IMG/VR virus record: IMGVR_UViG_3300000976_000009
Coordinates: 141,151-205,150 of that record
Direction: 5' to 3' (one strand)
DNA: 64,000 nt
From: a virus
The translations under genes were made by a program, and so were the position numbers. Below are positions 28,526-39,426 of the stretch, in pieces (within the stretch, counting starts at the first letter, position 1; each line of letters begins with the position of its first letter). The notes under the pieces were generated by a model, which worked only from the letters and a program-made list of their open reading frames with translations, ran no database searches and was not told the DNA's origin.

Positions 28526-28754
28526 GTTCAGAACAATTAAAGGGGATGATGGATATGCTTACGAGACTTCGTAAAGAGCATAAGATTACTATTATGACTT
28601 CAACTCAGATTCCTAGAGTTAAACCTCATTTACACCATACTCTACCTAATAGTACTGGTCCAGATGTTATTTTCATTGACCATATGAATTTAATTAGAAA
28701 ATAGTTTGGTAGTTACGAATAATTTTCGTAAGTTTGTATGCAAACATATATATT

Positions 28755-29255
28755 ATGGAATATACAGAAAAAAATTACAGAGAAGCGAGAATGGTTTCGA
28801 TTAAAGCTCACGGAACACAGGATTACGATGGGGTTTTCCCATATAAGAAACATTTAGATGATGTGGTTGATGTATTAAAGAGATTTGGATTCTCTGGTAA
28901 GTATATTGTTGCTGGTTATTTACATGATATTATTGAAGATACTGCGTTGTCTTACAATAAAGTTAAGAAGCATTTTGGATATGAGGTTGCTGAGATGGTT
29001 TATTGTGTTACTGATGAACTTGGTAGGAACAGAGAAGAAAAGAAAACAAAAACACTACCTAAGACTGCTTCTAACCCAGATGCCATTATTCTTAAATTAG
29101 CTGATAGAATTGCAAATATTGAGCATGGTGGTAAGGTTGATATGTATAGAAAAGAGTATGAGGTGTTCCACCAATTTTTATTCGCAAGAACTCCAGATGG
29201 GGCTAAAGAAATGTGGAGATGTTTAGAAAAATTGTTAAAATTAGAAACAGTATAA
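28755..29255 (+). CDS. HD-domain (p)ppGpp hydrolase-like protein (SAH/Mesh1)
   Basis: AH..Q, PY..H, LHDIIEDT, KLADRIAN. Confidence 0.85.
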   Translation: MEYTEKNYREARMVSIKAHGTQDYDGVFPYKKHLDDVVDVLKRFGFSGKYIVAGYLHDIIEDTALSYNKVKKHFGYEVAEMVYCVTDELGRNREEKKTKTLPKTASNPDAIILKLADRIANIEHGGKVDMYRKEYEVFHQFLFARTPDGAKEMWRCLEKLLKLETV

Positions 29256-29256
29256 T

Positions 29257-30651
29257 ATGATTAAAGAGATTCTAGATAGTATAGCCGCTGTAAGTGGTAA
29301 AAATGATAAGAGAGATTTGTTGATGAGTCATGCTGACAATGAATTACTTAAAGAAGTAATTTATGCTGCACATTCACCAAGAATTAAATATTACATTAAA
29401 CAGATTCCAGAATACACACCTAACACCAATAGTGTTCCAGCTTCATTAGGTTGGGCTATTTTACAATTAGAAGATATTAAAAATAGGGTGATAACTGGTG
29501 GTGAAGCAAGTGATAGATTAAAGGATACTTTAGAATCTATTAGCCCAGATGATGCTTATGTAATTGAGAAGATTATCGGTAAGAATCTTAAAATTGGAAT
29601 GGATACAGGATATAATAAATGTATCCCTAATTTGATTGAAGAAACACCATATATGGGTGCTAAGTCTTATTCTGAGAAATTAGTTAAGAAATTATTCGCA
29701 TCTGGACAAGGTGTTCGTTCAGACATTAAGATGGACGGTACTTACCGTAATGCTATTATTAGAAATGGTGAGGTTGAGTTACTTTCTAGGCAAGGTGAGG
29801 TTTCAGTTTTATCTGGTGCCCCATTTTTAGCAGAACTTGCATCTATGGATGATTGTGTTCTTAATGGTGAACTCACAATTGATGGTGAACCAAGTAGATT
29901 AATTGCTAATGGTATGGTATCATCAATTATGGATATCTTACAAAAAGCTGAGTCTAGGGGTGATACTGCAACTAAGAAGAAGATTATCTTATTCGAAGAG
30001 AAGCATGGACCATTTGAAGGTGCAATTAATAATATGCGATTCACTGTTTGGGATAGAATATCTGTTGAAGATTATTTTGATAAGAAGTCTTCAACACCAT
30101 ATGAAACTAGACGAATGGGATTACAGTCAATTATAGATGGTGGTAATTTCAATATGATTGGGTTAGTTGAATCTAAAATTGTAACTAGTTTTGCTGAGGC
30201 AATGGAACATTTTCAAGATGCACTTGCAAGAGGGCTGGAGGGAACTATTCTTAAAGCAATGGATGGTGGATGGAAAGATGGGAAACCAACTTACCAAGTT
30301 AAGATGAAATTAGATATTTCAATTGACTTCCGAATTACTGGATTTCTTTATGGTAATGAGGGTACTAAGAATGAAAACGTGATTTCTAGATTATTAGTTG
30401 AGTCTTCATGTGGACTACTTAAGACCCAACCTTCTGGAATGAAGGAAAAAGAAATGAAATGGGTTACTGAAAACCAAGAGAACCTTATGGGTACTATTGT
30501 TGAGGTTAGATGTTCTGGATTATCTCACGATTCAGAGGGTAACTGGTCTTGCATGCACCCAAGTGTTGTCGAATTCAGAAGCGATAAAGACACTTGTGAT
30601 TCATTAGAATCGGCTCAAGAAATTGAGGAAATGGCTAAAACGCTAGCATAA
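29257..30651 (+). CDS. ATP-dependent DNA ligase
   Basis: KMDG, LNGEL, EGTILK, KMK, OB domain HP..FRSDK. Confidence 0.9.
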   Translation: MIKEILDSIAAVSGKNDKRDLLMSHADNELLKEVIYAAHSPRIKYYIKQIPEYTPNTNSVPASLGWAILQLEDIKNRVITGGEASDRLKDTLESISPDDAYVIEKIIGKNLKIGMDTGYNKCIPNLIEETPYMGAKSYSEKLVKKLFASGQGVRSDIKMDGTYRNAIIRNGEVELLSRQGEVSVLSGAPFLAELASMDDCVLNGELTIDGEPSRLIANGMVSSIMDILQKAESRGDTATKKKIILFEEKHGPFEGAINNMRFTVWDRISVEDYFDKKSSTPYETRRMGLQSIIDGGNFNMIGLVESKIVTSFAEAMEHFQDALARGLEGTILKAMDGGWKDGKPTYQVKMKLDISIDFRITGFLYGNEGTKNENVISRLLVESSCGLLKTQPSGMKEKEMKWVTENQENLMGTIVEVRCSGLSHDSEGNWSCMHPSVVEFRSDKDTCDSLESAQEIEEMAKTLA

Positions 30652-30675
30652 CATAAAAGTAAAGTTAAAATAAGA

Positions 30676-31023
30676 ATGACTTATAATTTTGACGGAGTAA
30701 TTAAAGTAATAAATCCATTACAAACATGGGATAGTGGATTTAGTAAAAGGGAAATAGTTTTAACAACTATGGATGAAAAATTCGAACAATTTATTAAATT
30801 CGAATTTCTAAAAGAGTCAGCTGAAAAGCTAAATGAGTTTAAGGTTGGTGATAAAGTTAAAGTTGTGTTTGCCCTTAGAGGTAATGAATACAATGGTAAG
30901 TATTATACTAATTTGAATGGTATTGCAATAACACATCTTAAAGATGATGGTACGATAGAAACGCCTACAGTTGAATCGCTTGTAACTAAATTTGATGAAA
31001 GTGATGATGATTTACCATTTTAA
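30676..31023 (+). CDS. DUF3127 family SSB-like protein
   Basis: F.KRE.V, F.LRG.EY.GKYY, C-terminal DDLPF. Confidence 0.8.
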   Translation: MTYNFDGVIKVINPLQTWDSGFSKREIVLTTMDEKFEQFIKFEFLKESAEKLNEFKVGDKVKVVFALRGNEYNGKYYTNLNGIAITHLKDDGTIETPTVESLVTKFDESDDDLPF

Positions 31024-31032
31024 AAAAATAGA

Positions 31033-32082
31033 ATGATGGAACCGAAATTATTTAGAATGCCTAGCATCGAAGCATTTAGACATGTTATTCAACAAGTAAC
31101 ACATAGAGCTAGATATAGAGGTGATGATGAAACGGGGCAACCAATTTATGAGAATTGCGCTTTACCCACCTTAAAATTTAGAGGTAGTGTGAAGATGCAT
31201 GGAACTAATGCTGGGATTGTATTTATGTGGGACAAAGATAGTTCTACTTACAATATGCATGCTCAATCTAAGGGTCTTATAATTACACCAGTTAAGGATA
31301 ATGTGGGTTTTGCCGCATTTGCACATACTAGCGGTGTTGATAATTTAGTTGAAGAAATTTTAGGTGATTTCGATGGTGAACAACCAGAGGTTATTAGAGT
31401 TTATGGTGAATGGATTGGTAGAAAAATACAAAAAGGAACACCTTATAATACATTAGATAAAATGTTTGTAATATTCGCAATTAAGATAGATAATAAATGG
31501 TTATCTGAGGATAAATTATCTATGGTTAAGATGTCAGATAAAAGAATATTCAACATTCTAGACTACCCAACATATGAGATATTAGTTGACTTTAATAACC
31601 CAAAGATTGCTGCTGAGGCAATGGCTAAGTTAGTTGATAATGTTGAAAAAGAATGTCCAGTAGGTAAAGCCTTTGGGATTGATAATGGTGTTGGTGAAGG
31701 TATTGTTTGGGTTTGTACAACTGATGGTTGGGGTAGTTCTAGATACTGGTTCAAAACTAAGGGTGAAGAACATAAGTCTTCTGGTACTAAGGAGAAGGTG
31801 CCAGTTGATATTGAAAGACTTAATTCTATTAACGAATTAGTTGATTCATTTCTTACTAATTCAAGATTAGAGCAAGGTTTAGACCAAATTAGGGAGAATC
31901 ACCAAGAGTTATCTAGAAAATCTACTGGATTTTATGTTAAATGGGTTAGTGGTGATGTTGTTAAAGAAGAATTAGATACTATTGTTGGAAATGGTTTCGA
32001 AGTCAAAGAGATAACTAAAACGGTCTCCAATAAAGCTAGAAAATGGTTTTTTAATAAATTAGATGAAGGGGTTGGTTTATAA
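31033..32082 (+). CDS. RNA ligase, Rnl2 family
   Basis: KMHGTNA, YGEW.G..IQKG, GEGIV, FKTK. Confidence 0.82.
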   Translation: MMEPKLFRMPSIEAFRHVIQQVTHRARYRGDDETGQPIYENCALPTLKFRGSVKMHGTNAGIVFMWDKDSSTYNMHAQSKGLIITPVKDNVGFAAFAHTSGVDNLVEEILGDFDGEQPEVIRVYGEWIGRKIQKGTPYNTLDKMFVIFAIKIDNKWLSEDKLSMVKMSDKRIFNILDYPTYEILVDFNNPKIAAEAMAKLVDNVEKECPVGKAFGIDNGVGEGIVWVCTTDGWGSSRYWFKTKGEEHKSSGTKEKVPVDIERLNSINELVDSFLTNSRLEQGLDQIRENHQELSRKSTGFYVKWVSGDVVKEELDTIVGNGFEVKEITKTVSNKARKWFFNKLDEGVGL

Positions 32083-32149
32083 AACCAACCTTTTTTAGTA
32101 ATAAACCTTTATTTTTCACTATTTATATAGTATAGTAAAATAAAAAGTT

Positions 32150-32347
32150 ATGATTACAGATAAGATTTTAGTTTTAAAAAAAGATGCTAAACTACCAAAT
32201 GGTTTAGAGTTTAAAACTGCTACTGAATTCCATATTGTTATGGATGTAGTATATATGAAAGGGTTTCCATTACCACAAACCTTACAGGCAACAATTATTA
32301 ATTGGCTTGAAAATAATAAAAATTTAGTGAAGGAGATACATAGATAA
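32150..32347 (+). CDS. hypothetical protein
   Basis: ORF after TATTTAT motif. Confidence 0.55.
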   Translation: MITDKILVLKKDAKLPNGLEFKTATEFHIVMDVVYMKGFPLPQTLQATIINWLENNKNLVKEIHR

Positions 32348-32757
32348 TGTTTTCGGTTTTCGTTTTTGGTATATTACTTGGGGCAATCGTATTCATACTG
32401 ATTAGTATGAATAATGAGTTGGTTATTACAATCAATTCTAAATATGGTATTTCTCTAGGAAGTAACTCTGACATAACCAAAGCTTATGTTGCTAAAAGGA
32501 AAAAAGATAAAAGTGGTTACAAAATTAATCATTGGAATTATTATAATGATTCTGGTGATAAAATTACAGATAAAGCTTTAATTAGAATAATATACAATTC
32601 ATTTAGTCATGAAGATTGGTATGGTGAATATGTATTTTATGTTAATGACAAAGATTTTTATCAAGATACTACTTCAATAGAAGATGTCACTAAAGAAGAT
32701 GAGATTATTAATTCAATCGATAAAATGGAAGATGTGGTACATCGCACACCAGTATAA
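32347..32757 (+). CDS. hypothetical membrane-anchored protein
   Basis: N-terminal TM. Confidence 0.55.
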   Translation: MFSVFVFGILLGAIVFILISMNNELVITINSKYGISLGSNSDITKAYVAKRKKDKSGYKINHWNYYNDSGDKITDKALIRIIYNSFSHEDWYGEYVFYVNDKDFYQDTTSIEDVTKEDEIINSIDKMEDVVHRTPV

Positions 32758-32827
32758 TTAAAAAATATAAATAAAAAAAGGGAAATTATTTTGGTAGTTT
32801 CCCTTTTTTTATTTATATTTGTATCTG

Positions 32828-33088
32828 ATGAGTAAATTTACATTCAGAAGTGGAAAGCATAAAGATAAAACAATTGATTGGGTTGAAGAGAATGACCCTA
32901 GTTATTTGGTTTGGGTTGAAGAATTTAGACCAGAAATGCTTAAAGAATCAAAGAAGAAGGAAGAGGCTATACCAGAATATAGACCAAAACCACTCACCCC
33001 AAACTACGATTTTGATAATGAGGTAGGAACTTATCTACCAGAAACTAAAAAAGATAATGATGAAGCAGAACCCGAATGGAACTTCTAA
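32828..33088 (+). CDS. small protein with F.SGKHK motif
   Basis: FRSGKHKDKT..DPSYLVW. Confidence 0.55.
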   Translation: MSKFTFRSGKHKDKTIDWVEENDPSYLVWVEEFRPEMLKESKKKEEAIPEYRPKPLTPNYDFDNEVGTYLPETKKDNDEAEPEWNF

Positions 33089-33824
33089 AACCCCATATGA
33101 ATGGGCAATTGAAAAAGAGATTAGAGTAACTGGTCTAGAGAACCACCCAGAAGATGAGTACTTATTTTATACAAAGGTTTGTTCTGAGGAAACTGCTAAT
33201 AAAATATTTTACGAAACACCAATGGATGGGGTTACCGTAAAAGAGGGTAAATTACACCTTAAGTCTGAGAAATACTTAGAGTTAAGAATGTACACACTTG
33301 TACCTTACAACTTACTTGGAATTCAAATGGGTATTCAACACGAACACTCTGTTGTGCAGAATGTAGTGAATAATATTATTGAGAAAGTACTTGATGGTAA
33401 GCAAATGGATGAGAAGTTCAAGCTTTGGGCGACTGAATGGAAAACTTCCATTCTGGTTAATGGTGGAACCTCAAATGAGGGACATATGGTTAGACATGGT
33501 TTTAGAGATGTGTGGTACGTTGGTTCAATGCAACAATACCGTGAAGCTTTAAAAGAAGCTGAAATAAATATTTCTGAATTTTATGAACCAGACCTTAATT
33601 CAATGCTAACAGGTATTTCATTTATTGTTGATGAAAGAGTCTTTAAAAGAAAATTATATAAAGATTATGAAGTTAGCGGCATGGACCCAACAAGACAATT
33701 AACTGATGATGAGTATGATTCAGTTAACTATAAAAAATGGGTTGAAAAAATTGGTGGTGAAAAAAATAAATTTTTAAGAAAATTTTTAGACCCAAAAGGT
33801 CCATTAAAATTAGCTAGGGGTTAA
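33057..33824 (+). CDS. Pth2-like protein (second copy)
   Basis: MY.LV..L.G.Q.GIQ..H, FYEPDLNSMLT, similar to 10184-10540. Confidence 0.6.
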   Translation: MMKQNPNGTSKTPYEWAIEKEIRVTGLENHPEDEYLFYTKVCSEETANKIFYETPMDGVTVKEGKLHLKSEKYLELRMYTLVPYNLLGIQMGIQHEHSVVQNVVNNIIEKVLDGKQMDEKFKLWATEWKTSILVNGGTSNEGHMVRHGFRDVWYVGSMQQYREALKEAEINISEFYEPDLNSMLTGISFIVDERVFKRKLYKDYEVSGMDPTRQLTDDEYDSVNYKKWVEKIGGEKNKFLRKFLDPKGPLKLARG

Positions 33825-33860
33825 CTTGTAATTAACATATATTTTCCATATCTTTGTAAT

Positions 33861-34724
33861 ATGGAGAATATGTTAGATGGTTTAATAAATAAACAACAAC
33901 TAATCGGGGATTATTTGTTGGGTAATTATAAATTCTCTAGATGTAGTGATACTGGTCATTTAGGTATTTTTGACAAACAAACAGAAGAACATATATACGG
34001 TGAAGAAATTGAAAAGGATATATTAGTTTTTTATCCATTCGGTAAAAAAATAGTGACAACAGTTATTAATGTTTGGATTAATGCTAATGGTATTGAACGT
34101 AATAGTAGGGATTGGAGACGTATTTGGGTTAAACCAAAAGTATATATGAGAGATGATTATGGTCATCAAGGTTATATCGAACAATATGTAAACCAAGATA
34201 TTGAAAATGGACCAATACGTTTACAAACTGAATATAATACCAGATATTATGATGACTATCGTTATGGGTATCATAGGGCTACTGAGGCAGAGACTGAATT
34301 AGTTAGAGGATTAGCACAAAGTATAATTATTGAATTAGCTGATGACAGGGGCGTATCTAGATTATTAAATAATTGTAGGACGTTAATGGATTTAAATGAG
34401 GTTATGCGTAGAATTGGATTCGAAAGAGTCGAACAAATGACAGCTAATGGTAGAATAATTAGATGGTTTGAAGGCGATGAATCATTTGAAAGGAGAAGAG
34501 CAGAGTATTACCATAGATTAAGAACAGAGGAAAGGTTAACAATAGTAAGAGAAAGAGTCAACACCCAACATGATTTAATAGAGCGTACCCATTTAGAAAG
34601 AGAAGCTAGATTAAGACATGAGGAAGAAAGGGCTAGATTAAGACATGAATGGCGTATTGAACAAGAAAGACAAGAAAATGATTATGTTAGAAACAATAAC
34701 ATTAGAAGGTACGATTTATTTTGA
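33861..34724 (+). CDS. hypothetical protein
   Basis: ORF after promoter; R/E-rich tail. Confidence 0.65.
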   Translation: MENMLDGLINKQQLIGDYLLGNYKFSRCSDTGHLGIFDKQTEEHIYGEEIEKDILVFYPFGKKIVTTVINVWINANGIERNSRDWRRIWVKPKVYMRDDYGHQGYIEQYVNQDIENGPIRLQTEYNTRYYDDYRYGYHRATEAETELVRGLAQSIIIELADDRGVSRLLNNCRTLMDLNEVMRRIGFERVEQMTANGRIIRWFEGDESFERRRAEYYHRLRTEERLTIVRERVNTQHDLIERTHLEREARLRHEEERARLRHEWRIEQERQENDYVRNNNIRRYDLF

Positions 34725-35274
34725 CCCAGAGGATAAGACTAATAAACACAAGTCTCAAGCATCTTGGAAGAAAATGGCTATGGTTATTTTCAAAGGTGAT
34801 GTTACACAATATTATGCTTGGTTCATAAAGAAGAGATTCGGTGTAGAGCTTTCTAAACCACTCAGAGGTGCCCATATCTCGTTTATAAATGATTCTATAA
34901 ACGAGATGACCACCCATTGTAATACAAAGGCTGAGAGACAAGTTTTATGGAATAAAGTAAAAAAGAAATACCATAGAAAAAAAATAACAGTAACGTTAAG
35001 TTTAAAACCTTATATTGAAACACCACATTGGTGGTTTATTGTACCACATTCTGAAAGGGGTGAATTACAAGCAATAAGAGAAGAATTAGGTTTTATTAAT
35101 AAAAAAACTGGATTAAGTAAACCATATTTTGGTATGCATATGACAATTGGTTCTGCCGTAAATAAAAAATCTGAATTGAAAGCTGATACAAATGTTAAGA
35201 CAGCAAAAAAAATGAATTTGGCACAAACCGATTATATTAAGAAGTTAATAGACAATGGATTTATTAAACTTTAA
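34678..35274 (+). CDS. 2H phosphoesterase-like protein
   Basis: HISF and HMTI motifs. Confidence 0.6.
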   Translation: MIMLETITLEGTIYFDPEDKTNKHKSQASWKKMAMVIFKGDVTQYYAWFIKKRFGVELSKPLRGAHISFINDSINEMTTHCNTKAERQVLWNKVKKKYHRKKITVTLSLKPYIETPHWWFIVPHSERGELQAIREELGFINKKTGLSKPYFGMHMTIGSAVNKKSELKADTNVKTAKKMNLAQTDYIKKLIDNGFIKL

Positions 35275-35316
35275 AAAAAACTTGTGATTTATAATATTAA
35301 TTAATATATTTGCACT

Positions 35317-35592
35317 ATGAATAATCAATTAACTTTCGGAGACTATCCAGTGTATATGGAAGTTATTGGTGAAGAAGTGTTTATCACTTGTAAAGGAATT
35401 ACTGGTACACTAACACAAGGACATAAGTTCCTTAATAAAGAAAAAAAAACTAGATATTATTTTGGGGTATGTAGAATAAGGAGCTATCCAAATAAAATTG
35501 TTAAAATTGATTGTCTAGAAGATACATTAACACAATTTTTATTAATTTACAAAGAAGCCTTAAAATTAAAAAATGGAAATATTCACAAATAA
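35317..35592 (+). CDS. hypothetical protein
   Basis: ORF after promoter. Confidence 0.55.
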   Translation: MNNQLTFGDYPVYMEVIGEEVFITCKGITGTLTQGHKFLNKEKKTRYYFGVCRIRSYPNKIVKIDCLEDTLTQFLLIYKEALKLKNGNIHK

Positions 35593-37069
35593 CAAGAAAA
35601 TGAAAACTGAAACATCAACGGAAGAAAATCAAACAACAAAAACTGCGGTAATAAATGATACTGATAAAATTGAAGAGCAAAGGCTTAAAGATTTAATTTC
35701 AATTGCAAAAGAGGATGGTCTAGAAAAAGCAATGAAAGTCATGAATACTAGAATTGGTGCTGAGGAACAAATAATTGAAATAGATTATGAGATTAAAGCT
35801 TTCCAACATGAGGGTGCTTATGCTATTGCTCAAGCAGTAGAGCGTGTTTTAGGTAGATTTGATATGTCACCGTCTGGTGCATCTGGTAAACCACCACAAT
35901 TAATTAATATCACATTACCAAATGGTACTGATGTTAAGGCACCTTGGGGGACTATACAATTACCAGGGTTTGATGACGATTGTTATATTGAACTTGACTA
36001 TGATTGGGATAGAAGTGAAATTACTATTGAGGCTCGTATAAGAAAAAGATATGAAGCTGATATGAAGAAAATCATTGATGTTACAAAAGATATTTTAGGT
36101 AAAGAATCGATTTATTTGGGTGAAGCTATTGAATTGGATTTTGATGATAACGGATATGCTGAGGAACCATCTTTTATGGATTTATCAACAATTAATGAGG
36201 ACAAAATCCTATTCTCTAAAAATATAAACGATGGATTAGTCCCAATCCTAGCTAGGATTAAAGAAACTGATAAGTGTCTTGCAGAAGGATTGGATATTAA
36301 ATTAGGTGTACTTATGGAAGGTATTTATGGTACTGGTAAAACATTAGTAGCATTCTGGTTAGGTAAAATTGCTAGAAAATATGGTTGGACATTTATATAC
36401 CTTAAACATTGTAAAGATGCGGCAAAGGCACTTAAAATTGCTGAAAACTATGCTAGAAAAGGAAATGGTGTTATCTTATTTACTGAGGATATTGACCAAG
36501 TAATTAGGGGTGAGAGAGGTTCAAAAATTCAAGATATTGTGAATACACTTGATGGTGGTGACACAAAGAATCTGCCAATAATTTCAATTTTTACAACTAA
36601 CCATATTGAGGTTATCGAACCAACATTCCTTAGAGGAAAAAGAATTGGTTCATTAATTAATTTTGGTGTTTTGGACATGGATACTGCTCAACAATTTATC
36701 GATAAATTAGTGGTTGATAAAAATGGTAACTCTTTAATGGCTAAGGGTAACACAAGTAAAGCAGCGGAAGCACTATGTGGTATTGTACCAGCATTTGCAT
36801 CTGAGGTAATTGATAAAGCTAAGGCTTATATGATTAACCGTGGAACTAGAACAATTACAAATGAAGATATTATAATTGCGGCTAATTCATACAAAAAACA
36901 AATTGAGTTTGCAGAATGTAAGGCAATCGATACCACGAATGAATTACCAAATGCTTTGAAAGTTATTGCTAAAGCATTGGATATTAGTGGAGATGGTAAA
37001 ACATTGCGAGTTCGTGAAGTAATTAAAAAACTTCAAGATGTTGCTGACCATGTTGGTGATAGAGGATAA
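35573..37069 (+). CDS. AAA+ ATPase
   Basis: GIYGTGKT, LFTEDID, TTNH, LRGKRI. Confidence 0.85.
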   Translation: MEIFTNNKKMKTETSTEENQTTKTAVINDTDKIEEQRLKDLISIAKEDGLEKAMKVMNTRIGAEEQIIEIDYEIKAFQHEGAYAIAQAVERVLGRFDMSPSGASGKPPQLINITLPNGTDVKAPWGTIQLPGFDDDCYIELDYDWDRSEITIEARIRKRYEADMKKIIDVTKDILGKESIYLGEAIELDFDDNGYAEEPSFMDLSTINEDKILFSKNINDGLVPILARIKETDKCLAEGLDIKLGVLMEGIYGTGKTLVAFWLGKIARKYGWTFIYLKHCKDAAKALKIAENYARKGNGVILFTEDIDQVIRGERGSKIQDIVNTLDGGDTKNLPIISIFTTNHIEVIEPTFLRGKRIGSLINFGVLDMDTAQQFIDKLVVDKNGNSLMAKGNTSKAAEALCGIVPAFASEVIDKAKAYMINRGTRTITNEDIIIAANSYKKQIEFAECKAIDTTNELPNALKVIAKALDISGDGKTLRVREVIKKLQDVADHVGDRG

Positions 37070-37136
37070 AGATTATAAATTATAAAAAAAAGGGGAATCA
37101 TTTGGTGGTTCCCTTTTTTTTATTTATATTTGTAAT

Positions 37137-37400
37137 ATGAAACATAAAATATTAATATTAATATTATTAGCATTTTCTTCATGTGAAGAAAATCTTAAAC
37201 CAATAGGTAATACTGAAATAAAAATAGTTGTAACTAAACTTGAATTATCTGATGGTAAGTATGATAATTCAATATATGATAATGGTAAATTTCAGAGATT
37301 TTTAGTTCATTATAAAGAGGTAAGCACTGATAGTGTTGGTTATTATTTAACTAAAGAGATAGAATTTAATATTGGTGATACAATAACAATTACAAAATAA
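37137..37400 (+). CDS. lipoprotein
   Basis: lipobox FSSC. Confidence 0.6.
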   Translation: MKHKILILILLAFSSCEENLKPIGNTEIKIVVTKLELSDGKYDNSIYDNGKFQRFLVHYKEVSTDSVGYYLTKEIEFNIGDTITITK

Positions 37401-37413
37401 TCCTTATTATATT

Positions 37414-37818
37414 ATGGAAGAAGATTTAGAGATTAAAGTTAACCGAGAATTGGTATTTAAAGAAAGTACTGAGCAATTATCTGATATTATATCTAGAGAG
37501 TTTGCAACTGATGAAGAGTTACAAAATTCTGAATACCAATTTACAACTAATATTGATAAGGGTAATATTTATTTGGATGCCACAGAAGTACCAATTTCGG
37601 TAATTAGAAAAATGTTAAATAAAGCAGAAAAAGCTGGTGCTAATTATGTGTCTATTGATTTCCATTGTGACCACGGTGAATATGATATTTATGGTTTAAA
37701 AATATCTAGAGCTACTGCAAAGGTTATTAATGAGGAAAGGGAGAAGGAGTTAATATTGATGGAAGCTAAGAAGAATGCTAGAATTTTAGCATTAGAAAAA
37801 GAATTAAAACATAAATAA
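37414..37818 (+). CDS. hypothetical protein
   Basis: ORF. Confidence 0.6.
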   Translation: MEEDLEIKVNRELVFKESTEQLSDIISREFATDEELQNSEYQFTTNIDKGNIYLDATEVPISVIRKMLNKAEKAGANYVSIDFHCDHGEYDIYGLKISRATAKVINEEREKELILMEAKKNARILALEKELKHK

Positions 37819-37820
37819 TT

Positions 37821-38819
37821 ATGGGTGGGCATGCACTAAAAAATACGTTTACAAGACGATATTCAAAACAAGAATTTGAAACAGTTTCACAAGAACTAGT
37901 TGACACACTATTGAAGACATTCAAAAAGGCTGAAATTCCTATGTATTTTTCAACTAAAGAATCTTTTGGTGATATTGATATTATTGTGTCAATGGAAGGA
38001 ACACCAGTTTCAAATTTGAAAGACTATATTACAGATACATTTAAACCTAATGAAATTTTTCATAATGGAAATGCTTGGTCATTTGATTATAAGGAAGTAC
38101 AAGTAGATTTCATAACTTGTTCAGCAGATGACTTCAACTCCAACAGACATTATCTAGCTTATAATGACCTTGGTAATTTTATTGGTAGGATTACACAAAA
38201 GTTAGGATTAAAATATGGTCAAGAAGGTTTGTGGTATAACCATTATTTTAAAGACCAAAAAATTGGTAAGGTAATGATTTCTAAAGATTACCCTAAAATT
38301 TTCGAATTTCTTGGTTTTAGTTATGATAGATGGTTAGAGGGATTTGACACTCTTGAAGATGTTTTCGAATATGTGATTGCAAATGAGCATTTTGATTCAG
38401 AAATGTTTGAATTACAACATTTGAATAAAATTAACCGTGAACGTAATGCAAAACGTAAATCTTATATGTCATTTTTAGAATATATTTCTGAAAACCATTC
38501 TGACCGAACTTATGAGTTCCCAGAAAAGAAAGTATCTGTTGATAAGGCTAATAGGTTTTTTCCAGATGCTAGAATGACTGAAAAAATTAGAGAACTTGAA
38601 TATTTACATTGTAAAAAACTTTATATTAAGTCTAAATTCAGTGGTGGTGTAATTATGTCACGATATGGTCTTCAAGGTAAAGAATTAGGTAAAGCACTTA
38701 ATGGTTTCAAAGAATATGTTATAAAACATATGGATAATTATAATGAGTTTATTATAAACACAAGCACTGATAATATTTATGCATATTTTGAACTATACTA
38801 TAGGGAAGAATTATTATAA
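37821..38819 (+). CDS. nucleotidyltransferase-like protein
   Basis: FGDIDI, QVDFI, C-terminal G.ELG. Confidence 0.6.
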   Translation: MGGHALKNTFTRRYSKQEFETVSQELVDTLLKTFKKAEIPMYFSTKESFGDIDIIVSMEGTPVSNLKDYITDTFKPNEIFHNGNAWSFDYKEVQVDFITCSADDFNSNRHYLAYNDLGNFIGRITQKLGLKYGQEGLWYNHYFKDQKIGKVMISKDYPKIFEFLGFSYDRWLEGFDTLEDVFEYVIANEHFDSEMFELQHLNKINRERNAKRKSYMSFLEYISENHSDRTYEFPEKKVSVDKANRFFPDARMTEKIRELEYLHCKKLYIKSKFSGGVIMSRYGLQGKELGKALNGFKEYVIKHMDNYNEFIINTSTDNIYAYFELYYREELL

Positions 38820-39121
38820 AATGGATTTTCTTCCATTAATAATTGTATAGTGTCACTAATTCTTTTACAATCTGATTCGAACTCATGAATATCAGTTTCT
38901 TCTAATACAAACCATTCACCCTCAACACGTTTTGAACCATGTTGCCTATGTAACCACCCTTCTACTTTTCTGTAGTGTTCACAATCAAACTTTTTAACTA
39001 AAATGATTTCATCTGGACAACCAGTTTGTAGTTGTTTTATCCTTTTATTAACATCTCTTTTAGTTACACCGATTTTATAATTTTCGGTTCCATACGCATT
39101 AAGTAAGTATACTGTTCCCAT
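38798..39121 (-). CDS. GIY-YIG / T5orf172-family nuclease
   Basis: VYL..YKIG.T..RIKQLQTG..E..LH..GEWF. Confidence 0.8.
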   Translation of the reverse strand: MGTVYLLNAYGTENYKIGVTKRDVNKRIKQLQTGCPDEIILVKKFDCEHYRKVEGWLHRQHGSKRVEGEWFVLEETDIHEFESDCKRISDTIQLLMEENPFYNNSSL

Positions 39122-39180
39122 AATTACAATTATAATAATTTTAATTGGATTAGTCAATATTTATATGTAACTTTATTGAT

Positions 39181-39426
39181 ATGGTAGAACTAAAAGAATT
39201 ACACGAAGAGATTGCATCATTATTAAAAAAAGATTTTGGATTGGAAGAACTCCATTTTGAAATGGAAGATGAGGTGGTGGATAAGGAGTTAAGCTTCAAG
39301 TTAAACCCAAATTGTAATGGTAAAATTATTAAAGAAAGACTTAATAGACACTTTGGTCCTAATTTAACTTTCCATGCATGTGAGATAAGTGGGATTTTAG
39401 GTATATTAATAGAAAACCCTAATTAA
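39181..39426 (+). CDS. hypothetical protein
   Basis: ORF. Confidence 0.5.
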   Translation: MVELKELHEEIASLLKKDFGLEELHFEMEDEVVDKELSFKLNPNCNGKIIKERLNRHFGPNLTFHACEISGILGILIENPN

